Virus record (IMG/VR): IMGVR_UViG_3300017917_002434
Location: 186,001 to 250,000 of that record
Length of the DNA stretch: 64,000 nt
Strand: one strand, 5' to 3'
Part shown: one piece after another, positions 19,093 to 29,100 of the stretch
Position numbering within the stretch: position 1 is the stretch's first letter
How the letters are laid out: every line of letters starts with the position of its first letter
Translations under genes and position numbers: made by a program
The notes under the pieces: generated by a model
Told to the model about the DNA's origin: nothing
Databases searched by the model: none
The model's input: the letters and a program-made list of their open reading frames with translations, nothing else

Positions 19093-20897
19093 CAGAACCT
19101 AAACTTAATTCTGGCTGGATAGCAGCCATAGCACGTGGGCATAATGCCGGTGTGTGTCTTTTTAAGGATGGAGAAGTAGTATTTTCTATAGAAGAAGAAA
19201 GATTAACACGACAAAAATATGACGGCGGCCCTTTAGCATCGATGGTTAAAATTTTAGAGTACACAGATAAATTAGACTATCTAGTTATCGCACATACTCA
19301 AAAACTACAAGACACTGCCGGACGCATCGATTACAGCGGTGATGATATGTACACAGGTCTAGCTAGAAAACTAGGCCTAATTAGCAGAAAAGAAAATAAT
19401 TTCAACCATCCGCAGGTAGTTGATTTAAGTTTTATGCATCATAAGCTACATGCTGCCTGTGCTTTTTATCGATCAGGGTTTGACGATGCTGTCGCACTGA
19501 TTGTAGACGGTGCTGGGACATTCATCCAATTGATGTATGGCAACGAACCGTTATGGGTTTGGGAAATTGAATCTATCATCGACTGCGATTATCCGTCGCA
19601 GTTTACGACTCTTTATAAAAATTATGGTGCTCGTGAACCAATCGCTGGCACATACATGGACAAGTGCCCGTCGGATCAGTTCGGTGAAGCTGGAAAATTC
19701 CACGAAGCATGGCTTTCGGATAGAGCAGGTATAGTTAAAACCTACGAGGCTGTCACCGAATATTGTGGGTTCTCGGCTATCGAAGCAGGGAAAACCATGG
19801 GATTATTTCCCTATGGTAAACCTAACGATAAAATTCCTAAGTTGTTCGATTTTACTTCGAAGGTTCCGTTGTCTAATAGGAATCTAATCGTGCCTGCCTA
19901 TCCATCTTCTTCTATAGTTAACAGTGCTTTGTTTGACTATCTAGATGAAGTACCTGTAGAAGGTGAAGATGTTACTAAATTACAGAGTCGTAGAGACCTA
20001 GCCTACGCTTGCCAGACTCAAACACAAGAACAGGTAGTTCGTTTAATTCGTAAAGCAGTTGAAATAAGCGGAAAGAAGAATGTAGTAATCAGCGGAGGCT
20101 ACGGATTAAATTGTGTAGCAAATTATCATTATCTAGAACAGCTAAAAGATGAAGGCATCAAGATTTATGTTGAGCCTATCAGTAATGATGCTGGTACTGC
20201 TATGGGTGCTGGAATGATGTTCTGGAGAGCTTTGTCGGATAGCAGAGAAAAACAAAAATTGGATACTCTGTATCTAGGTCCTGAGTATACATATTCTGAT
20301 AGAGAAATCCAAGAAAAAGTTAATTATGCTGGCGGAGAAGTTGTAGATGCTACTAATAAAGATGTTGTAAAACTACTCCGTGAAAAGAACATTGTGACGA
20401 TCTTTCAAGGCCGTTCAGAAAATGGTCCACGTGCTCTAGGAAACCGTTCTGTGCTGTTTGACCCAACATTCGAAGACGGTAAAGATTTTGTCAATACTGT
20501 AAAACGTAGAGAGTATTTCCGCCCATTTGCCGGTAGTATTATACACGATCACGTACATGATTGGTTCGATCTCAGAGGCATGGACGAAACCCCCCATATG
20601 ATGTACGCTGTAAATTGTAAGCCCGGGGTAGCAGAAAAAATTCCTAGTATTATACATGTCGACGGCACATGTAGAATACAGAGTGTAAAACGTGATCAAA
20701 ATCCTCACTACTACGATCTTATCAAAGAATTCTACGATCAAACAGGAATTCCTATCATTTTTAACACCAGCTTTAATCTAGGCGGCGATCCACTAGTTGA
20801 AACGCTAGACGATGCTATCGAGACATTGGTTAAGAGTGATATCGAGTATCTGTTTTTACCTGAATACGGTAAGCTGATCAAGATCGCTAATAGCTAA
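19089..20897 (+). CDS. O-carbamoyltransferase, NodU/CmcH/TobZ family
   Basis: Motifs EEERLTRQK, HH..HA..AFY, VDGAG, GKTMGL.PYG, SGG..LNCVAN, DAGTA.GA, GRSE.GPRALGNRS, KRRE.FRPFA, HVDGTCR.Q, NTSFN; ATGA overlap with the GT9 stop. Confidence 0.93.
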   Translation: MTEPKLNSGWIAAIARGHNAGVCLFKDGEVVFSIEEERLTRQKYDGGPLASMVKILEYTDKLDYLVIAHTQKLQDTAGRIDYSGDDMYTGLARKLGLISRKENNFNHPQVVDLSFMHHKLHAACAFYRSGFDDAVALIVDGAGTFIQLMYGNEPLWVWEIESIIDCDYPSQFTTLYKNYGAREPIAGTYMDKCPSDQFGEAGKFHEAWLSDRAGIVKTYEAVTEYCGFSAIEAGKTMGLFPYGKPNDKIPKLFDFTSKVPLSNRNLIVPAYPSSSIVNSALFDYLDEVPVEGEDVTKLQSRRDLAYACQTQTQEQVVRLIRKAVEISGKKNVVISGGYGLNCVANYHYLEQLKDEGIKIYVEPISNDAGTAMGAGMMFWRALSDSREKQKLDTLYLGPEYTYSDREIQEKVNYAGGEVVDATNKDVVKLLREKNIVTIFQGRSENGPRALGNRSVLFDPTFEDGKDFVNTVKRREYFRPFAGSIIHDHVHDWFDLRGMDETPHMMYAVNCKPGVAEKIPSIIHVDGTCRIQSVKRDQNPHYYDLIKEFYDQTGIPIIFNTSFNLGGDPLVETLDDAIETLVKSDIEYLFLPEYGKLIKIANS

Positions 20898-20898
20898 T

Positions 20899-20923
20899 AA
20901 AACCCCCGTTTTAGGGGGTTTTT
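20899..20923 (+). terminator. Rho-independent terminator (possibly bidirectional)
   Basis: aaaaccccc-gtttta-gggggttttt immediately after the carbamoyltransferase stop. Confidence 0.8.
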
Positions 20924-20942
20924 AGTTTCTCCAAAAATCAGT

Positions 20943-20948
20943 TAAATA
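20943..20948 (+). promoter_or_regulatory. Late promoter core (TAAATA)
   Basis: gtTAAATA directly after the terminator and before ATG 20970. Confidence 0.6.
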
Positions 20949-20969
20949 TAAGATACAACGAGCGTAACT

Positions 20970-22544
20970 ATGACTGATTTTACCAAGTACTTTGGCAGTG
21001 GTGTAAAAAATACTCTGTTTCTTAAAAACGGAGTAAACTTCTTTAATAGAGGGCCATGGCGTCAAATCTTTGCCGACACAGAAATTGATCGCTGGTATGT
21101 GGGTGATTTTGCCGCAGCACAGTATATTATTTCTGTGGAATTCGATTCACAGAAAAAAGAAACAATGTCAATACTGGTGGTTGCTAGACCTGACCAAGCC
21201 AGCTATACGATATACGGGCGTGCCTCTATAGATGATCCATTGATTACTGTTTCGGCTACAGTCAATGACAGTTATCTCAGTCTAAAATTATCTCCAATAA
21301 TCGACGATTACGAAGGCGTTCGTGCGATCTATTTTGCTCAATACTTCGCTACATTGACTGATCTAGAAAGACCCACACCTTTAACTTATCTAGTAGATGA
21401 AGGAAATATAGGTGGCGGTGGTGGTGGCGGTGGACAAATACCCGACGGCGGAGGATCTGGAGGAAGCAATGCTAATCTCTCCGCTATAGATAGAACTTTA
21501 ACTCCTACTTCAGACGGAACATTTGATGTAGGTATTGCTTTAAAAAGATTCAGAGATCTCTATCTTAAAAATACAATAAATCTAGACGGTGCTGTAATTT
21601 CTAAAAACATAGGCGGTAGCATTGAGTTACCAGAAGGAACTACTGTTGGCGGAAATGAGTTAAAATCTTTTGGCACTATTTCTGTAGCAGGCGAAAACGA
21701 CGTTGACAGTATATCGTTAAATGATAATCTAACTTTGATAGCCGGCTCTGGCATGACTATCACTACAAATTCGTCAAATAGAAGTATCACACTTTCTAGT
21801 TCAGGTGGTGGCGGTGGAGGTGGGGGCGTATCGGCTAACGCTTTCGGAGTGATAAGTGTAGCAGGTCAATCAACTATCAGAGCCGACTCCGCCTCGGATA
21901 CTCTAACTTTTGTAGCAGGTTCAGGAATATCTATAACAACCAACGCAACCAGCGATAGAATTACTATTACCAACACAGGCGGATCTAGTGGTGGCGGTGG
22001 TGGTGGCGGAACTGCTACAGATATTATAGTATCTGAAGTTCTCGATGGCGTATATCCGATGGTGATCGCCGAAGGAACAGATCCTATATCCGGACAAAGT
22101 TTATACGCTAGCTCTGGAGTGACTTTAGAAGTCACGACCAGTACATTAAATGTTACAGCAACAACAGCTAAATGGGCTGACTTAGCAGAAAAATATTTGG
22201 CTGATCGTGCCTACGAACCAGGGACTGTACTAGAGTTCGGCGGAGACAAAGAAGTCACACTAGCAGAAGATTCTACACGTAGAGTAGCAGGAGTAGTTTC
22301 GACCAATCCAGCATTCGTAATGAATGAAAACCTCCAAGGTGAAACAGTAGTAAAATTAGCATTACAGGGTCGTGTTCCTTGTAAAGTCAGAGGAAAAATA
22401 CGCAAGGGAGACATGTTAGTAAGTGGAGGGGGTGGTTATGCCAGACCATGTAATGACCCAATGCTAGGTACGGTAATAGGAAAAGCTCTAGAAGATTTTG
22501 ACGAAGTGTCGGGAATCATAGAGGTTGTAGTTGGCAGATTATAA
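20970..22544 (+). CDS. Fibre/spike protein with poly-Gly linkers and C-terminal intramolecular-chaperone (peptidase G2-like) domain
   Basis: Three poly-Gly tracts; C-terminal 'ADLAEKY..D..YEPGTVL.FGG.KEVT...VAGVVSTNPA.VMN...LALQGRVPCKV.G.I.KGD.LV'. Confidence 0.65.
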   Translation: MTDFTKYFGSGVKNTLFLKNGVNFFNRGPWRQIFADTEIDRWYVGDFAAAQYIISVEFDSQKKETMSILVVARPDQASYTIYGRASIDDPLITVSATVNDSYLSLKLSPIIDDYEGVRAIYFAQYFATLTDLERPTPLTYLVDEGNIGGGGGGGGQIPDGGGSGGSNANLSAIDRTLTPTSDGTFDVGIALKRFRDLYLKNTINLDGAVISKNIGGSIELPEGTTVGGNELKSFGTISVAGENDVDSISLNDNLTLIAGSGMTITTNSSNRSITLSSSGGGGGGGGVSANAFGVISVAGQSTIRADSASDTLTFVAGSGISITTNATSDRITITNTGGSSGGGGGGGTATDIIVSEVLDGVYPMVIAEGTDPISGQSLYASSGVTLEVTTSTLNVTATTAKWADLAEKYLADRAYEPGTVLEFGGDKEVTLAEDSTRRVAGVVSTNPAFVMNENLQGETVVKLALQGRVPCKVRGKIRKGDMLVSGGGGYARPCNDPMLGTVIGKALEDFDEVSGIIEVVVGRL

Positions 22545-22550
22545 CACCAA

Positions 22551-22556
22551 TAAATA
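22551..22556 (+). promoter_or_regulatory. Late promoter core (TAAATA)
   Basis: aaTAAATA 9 nt before ATG 22566. Confidence 0.6.
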
Positions 22557-22565
22557 CTAGGTAAA

Positions 22566-23141
22566 ATGACAGTACAGACAAAACAATTTAGAACTGAATT
22601 TGGTTACAGAAGTCCGGGATTCCTCGTAGATCAGGAAGGCGATCTAACGGCATTATCTATAACTACCTCAAATGTCAATGCTACTACGATAAGCATAAGT
22701 GGTTCGGCAGTGATCGATACTAATCGATTAACAGAAACTATAAGAAATAGTAGTTTAGAAACACTAGGAACATTACAAAATTTAACAGTAAACGGTGACG
22801 TATTACTGAAAAAGAATAATATAAATCGGCTGACCCTGATAAATGGCAGATTAGTAATTAACAGTCTAGCCACAGGAGCAATAGATAATGTTGATATAGG
22901 TCAAACTACACCTGGTAAAGTAGATACCTATCAATTAAATGTGGTAGAAAATAACGGCGTAAATGGTGAATTAGTTGCCGATGGTGCTAACATATCGTTT
23001 GATGCTGCTACTATAACCGGTACTGTTACTTATATAGAAAATATTTCTATCAATGCGGTTCCTACATCAGGTCAACATGCCGCTCGTAAAGATTATGTAG
23101 ATAATTCAGTCATCGCTTTCGCGGTGGCATTTGGAGCCTAA
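22566..23141 (+). CDS. Short fibre-like structural protein (191 aa)
   Basis: 'SSLETLGTLQNLTVNG', 'G.IDNV.IG.TTP', 'PT..QHAARKDYVD' fibre motifs and hydrophobic C-terminal 'IAFAVAFGA'. Confidence 0.6.
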   Translation: MTVQTKQFRTEFGYRSPGFLVDQEGDLTALSITTSNVNATTISISGSAVIDTNRLTETIRNSSLETLGTLQNLTVNGDVLLKKNNINRLTLINGRLVINSLATGAIDNVDIGQTTPGKVDTYQLNVVENNGVNGELVADGANISFDAATITGTVTYIENISINAVPTSGQHAARKDYVDNSVIAFAVAFGA

Positions 23142-23150
23142 GGATAAAAG

Positions 23151-26100
23151 ATGGCAAAGAGAAAAATAGACAATTATACATTTAGACCGGGTATCAGTTA
23201 CCTGGGAAATCTGTATCCAGATGAATGGCAGAGCTTTTCTGATAACGTGCCGTTTATCAAAGCAGAACTAACAGCCTATTTAAACTATAGGATAGACATC
23301 GACACTGAGGTAAATCTGTATCCAAATGCTGTCCGTATTTTAGAAAACAATATTAATTTTATCAAAGAAGAAGCGACTGCTTGGATAGCTACACAGGTAG
23401 CAGGTAACTTTCCTGGATTTGTAGGTTATACTTACGATTCAGCCAAATGTAAAAGAGACATTGGATTTGTTTTAACCGCTTATATCCATGATGTTAGATA
23501 CGGAGGTAATGAAGACACTAGAACCATAGTCGGAAAATACTGGATCAACAATGAGCCACAGGTCGATGGGGATCGTCAGGCTGAGGTTAAAACTCACGAG
23601 TTTATCAGAGATCTTATAACAGATTACATTTTGCCTCTAGCTTCGTACACACCATTACAGCTTATCGCAACTAGATACACAACAGGACCAGCAGCCGAGG
23701 CCAACGCAGCAGCCCGTATAGATACCCTTTCAGCAATCACGACCACAGTAATCGCTAATGGCTTATCGTCGATGCCAGCGATATCTTATAAATCTGCTCC
23801 ATACGAAAATTATACATTTAATTCTGAAAAATGTCAGAGAGATCTTGGCTACGTACTAGATGCTTACTTACATGACTTGCGTTATGGCGGAAACGAACAG
23901 ACTCGACTCACGATACAAAAATACTACGACAACGGAGTACTACAAGTCGACGGCAGCGGCCAAGCTGAAGTTGAAGGTCATGAATTTGTAAGAGATCTTA
24001 TTATTAATAATATCATGCAGAATGAAGCCGGTACGATATTGTATCCTGAAGCTGTGAGATTATTAACGCTGAACAAGGCCTATTTACAAAATGAAATCTT
24101 AGGATGGATCGCTAATGAAGTCACTGAAGCTACTAAATGCGAAAGAGATATTGGATATCTTATCGATGGAGCACAATATGACATAGTACTAGGCACAAAT
24201 TACAATGCTTTATTTTTAGGCTTAGCAGAATTCAACTCTTTAGATAATGATTTTTTCGTTATCGACACTATACAAAGAACTAAAACAGCCATAGCAGCTC
24301 TACCTAATGTTGCTGCGAGTACCGCAGCAGTGGCTAGAAATAATGCTTTCTTCAATGAAGTAGTTGACATAATCCAGAATGGTAGAGGAAGTGCTAATGA
24401 ATTAGTGTTAGCCGAACCAAGTAATGCTACAGTCAGTAGGATCGCAGCTAAAAATCAACTTGTAGCCAATAAAAATTTCTTAGCCGCAGAAGTTAATGCG
24501 TGGGTAGCAGAGCAATATCCTACAGCTGATCATGATCCTGTAAAATGTTCTAGAGACGTTAAGTATGCTATCGATGCCTTATGCTACGATATCTTATATG
24601 GCGGAAACTCGGCTACTTACGATCAGGCTAGATTTTTCTTTTACGGTTTCTCTAGCGGAGCTCCAGGCATTGATCCTACTCATAGATTACAAACTGTAGC
24701 TGCCTATGTACATCTAAAACAAGTTATCGGTCAAGTGGTACAGAATCAAACGGTTACTAAGACCACAGGCAATACCTTAACACAGAATCAAACATTTCCA
24801 GCAGCCAGTTCGTCGGATGCTATTATCTGTCAAAATCTAGTACAGATCACAGCAGATGTTGTAGCAGCGACAACACAAACACAGGCAAATACGATTTTAT
24901 CCGGTATTGTAAGATCAGTTCCTAGCATCACATTCGCGACTTCTGCTTTACAGACAGCTTTTAATGCGATAACAACAGCTAAAACATCTGTGATAAATTC
25001 TGTTGTTGTTTTCAAAGGATATACCTATGATTCTGCCAAGTGTATCAGAGATTCTGGCTTTGTCATAGATGCCCTAATCTATGACTTAGAAAATAACGGT
25101 AACGAAGAATCAAGACGAATAGCCCAGAAATACTATATAGATGGAGTTTTTCAAGTTGACGGATCCCGTATTCCTGAAATAGCCAGCTATAGATTTTTAC
25201 AAGAAACGATCAAGAATTATATTTTTCCAAGAGTAAATGCTCCTGATTATCAGATTGTATATCCTCAGATATTAACAGCACCATCTGCTGAAGTAGGTGC
25301 CTACGCAAGAATTACTGAACTAACAGATGTGTTTATTAATTTTCTAAAAGATGGTCCTAGTAGTTTACCAGCACTGTCTCAGAGAACTGTTCCTTATCAA
25401 ACAGTAGAACAGCAGGTAGTTGACACTACCAAAGCCTACGATCCTGATGCTGGCACAGCTATTTTAGCACTTTCAAATGCTCTAGTTAACATCATAGAAC
25501 AAGGTCTCGGAGCATTGCCTGTTAAAGAAAGTGCTGGATATGGTTTGATCAAATTTCAGGGTGTTGTAAGATTAGAAGACCTTTTACTAATCACAAATAC
25601 TACAAAAAATGTAGTTATCTATAATTTCTCTAGCAATACTGCTGGCGGCGAAATTGTGCCAGAGTTTGACGGCGATGACGATTTCATAGCGTTCAAACAG
25701 GTTACAGATCGAGTTATTCATCTACGATTAAATGTTGATACATCGACTATGGATGAAACTGACGAGCTACAGATATTTGCTGAAGCCCCGGAAATGAAAG
25801 TTCGTCCGTACGATTTTGGTACAGATGCTATCGAACGTCATAGAGTTGCTTCGCCTCAGTCAATGCTTGACGCTGACTTCGAATATGGTCTACAACCAAC
25901 TAAGTGGCAGGCTATTGGTATCGCCAGAGGTTATCCATCAGTGTATGAAGTACCAGGATCAGATTTTGAAGTTGTGTCTATAACAACCGATGCGTCATTT
26001 CCTAACAACGGTGTAGGTGCTTCGACTATAACTGTAACCACAGCAGCACCGCACGGATTATCAGCTGGTACACCGGTTACAGTGGCTGGTCTTGACACAG

Positions 26101-29100
26101 CGATCTCTGGTATCAGTAGAGCAGAGGGAGCGTTTGTCTTAGTAACTATCCCGACTCCTACTACATTTACATATTTTGCCAAGTCTAGAGTAGGTACTAC
26201 CTCAGGAACCAGTTTAAAAACTACCTATACTCAGATTAGAAAAGGCGGATTTTACACAGGGGCATCCATAGGTTTACCGACTATCAACTTGTTATCTAAC
26301 GGGACATCGGGAACTTTTGTAACACAATTTGATACTCCGGCTGCGACATCTCGAATAGCTATCGCCAGCGGTAATATTCCAAGCGTAGGATCACCTATGA
26401 ATGCCGCAGTAGGTATCGGGTTTGGTTCTCAGGTCACTGCCGTAGTCGGTGCTGGGGGTGTCGTAGTGACTCCCACTGTGTTAGGGGACTATGCTCCAAC
26501 ACTATTAGGTCTTACTACTCTTACCGTAGCTAGTACCAGCGGTATAGTGATTGGTTTAGGTGCCAATGATCAGACTGGATCGTCGACGTTCGTTGAATCT
26601 ATAGTAGGAACTAATGTAACATTTACTAGACCTTTTTCCGGTGCTGTGATAGGAAATACCACTACCTATACAGAATTAACCGGAACCAACGAAATATCTA
26701 TCGGTTCAGCAGCAACATTCAATGTCGTTGGTAGCTCGGCAGGTTACATTTCTGTAGCCGTTAATTCAGGAGGCAGCGATTATCAAGTAGGAGATGTATT
26801 AAGAATAGTAGGAACTGATCTTACAGGAACAACGCCAGCTAACGATCTATTGATCAAAGTAGCTACAGTATCCGGTGGTGCTATTTTAACTGCCGACGTT
26901 ATTTCTGGAACTAGTGTAATGTCGTCACCTAACGAAACTATTAGCGGCATTAATAATAGTTCTTATACTGCTACTAGTCCAGACAGTACCATAGGTTCTG
27001 GAGCTACTTTTGACGTAACTAGAAACGGCACAGCTTTTACATCAGTAATCAATGCCGGTGGTACTGGATACGTCAAGGGAACAGAGTTTCTAATCTTAGG
27101 AACTGTATTTACAAATAACACTACTCCGGCTAACGATGTAGAAATCACAGTTACCCAGACCACAGCAACATTTACTGGTCTATTACAAGATGCGACTACA
27201 CTATCTGGTAGCTCGGCACAATTTAGTATAACTAGGATCGGTGCTACCTATACCAGTTTGGTAGTTTCATTCGCTGGTAGCGGTTATGCCCTAGGAGAGA
27301 TCGTTACGATCTACGGAACCCAACTAGGGGGCAACAATCCTTCAAACGATCTTCAGATCCAGGTTGACAACGTAGGCGGGGGCGGTGAAATTATCGCAGC
27401 GTCGCTGGTCAGCGGACTTGTAGCTAATGAAGATGCTCCTGGTGTAATTTCTCAGATATCTACCGCAGGTACAGGTGATAATAGAACAACTATTAATAAT
27501 GTCCCAGTTCTAATAGTTCCAGGATCAGGAATTAACTGTGAATTTTCTATAACTAGAACCGCCAGCGGTTATACAAACGTAGTAGTAACAGATGGAGGCA
27601 CTGCCTACCTACCAGGAAATAGAATTAGGATCCTAGGCAGCGACCTTGGGGGAGCAAACACAACTAATGATGCTATTGTTTCAGTGACTTCTGTTGACTC
27701 TATCACCGGAGCAATTACCGCAGCTACAGTAACTGGAACTGGTGTAGCAGGTATCAATTTACAGTTATATTCATCTGTGACTCTCAGCGAATTTACTACA
27801 GCTACTATAGCTTCGAGTACCAGCCTAGGCTTTGGTACCCTAGCGACTTTACAGATAATTTTTCAAGAGCCGCATGGTATACCACCCGGGGGATCATTTA
27901 TCGTTACTGTGAGTTCAGACAACGGATCTAACAATCATGCGTTAGCCAATGGATCTTTCTCTGCTACTCAGATACCTACAAGAAACACTATTACTTTCCA
28001 GGCTAGATCTCCGGGCGTTATCACAGGAGCACCTATTACCGGAGTCGTATACCCAAGACCGGACAGTTTCTTCACACATAGACCGTTTGACGGCGGTGTA
28101 CAACTAGGTACTGGCGGTCCACAACACGGTGTACAGGCTATACGACAGAGTAAAAAATATATTCGTTATCAATCTGGTAAAGGTGTAATGTATACAACGG
28201 GTGCTCTGTTTGCTCCAAGTTATGATGTATTGTCTATATTGGCAACAGATGTCGAAGTTGGAGCTACCATAGAAATCACCTTAGGTGATAATGATCACGG
28301 GTTACAGCGTGGTGCTGTGATTAGACTCAGCGGAGTCTTAACTGGAGGTTACGATGGCGATTATGAAGTAGATGAAATCGTCAGCGAACGTACATTTAGA
28401 ATAATCGCTACGAAGCGTGTAGGTTCTAGAAAACCGTCATTGAGCTTCAGCTGTCAAATTTCTACACTACGTTGGAAGGGTGCGGTAGTACGTGCCGGAG
28501 TGTTTGATGATCAAAATGGAATATTCTGGGAATATGACGGACAGACATTATGGGCCGTTCAGCGTACTTCTACTAAACAATTAGCAGGTACGATCTCAGT
28601 TAACGCTGGCTCAAACAGGATCACAGGACTGAACAGTAGATTTAGAGATCAATTAAAAGCCGGTGACGCTGTTACTATCAGAGGTATGACACACATCGTA
28701 ACTCACGTCGACAGCCAAACTTCGATGACTGTTAACCCAGATTATCGCGGCGTCAGCAATGTGTCAAACGCTAAGATGAGTTTAATTTCAGAAGTACGTG
28801 TACAACAACGAGATTTCAACAAAGATAGATTAGACGGAACAGGTCCTAGCGGATACGATCTAGATATTACCAAGATGCAGATGATCGGAATCCAATATTC
28901 ATGGTACGGTGCTGGTTTTATTGACTTCATGTTGCGAGGATCTGATGGAAATTATGTGTTCGCCCATAGAATGAGAAATTCGAATATCAATACCGAAGCT
29001 TATATGAGAACAGGTAACTTGCCTGTGAGATATGAAGTTTCAAACTACGGTGCGACCAGCAGATTAGTTGGAGACATTGGAAACACATCTACAGAGTTAA

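Noticed and set aside
21410-22010. GGT/GGC runs as contingency (phase-variable) repeats
   Set aside because: Mixed-codon in-frame poly-Gly linkers; length change would not shift the frame.
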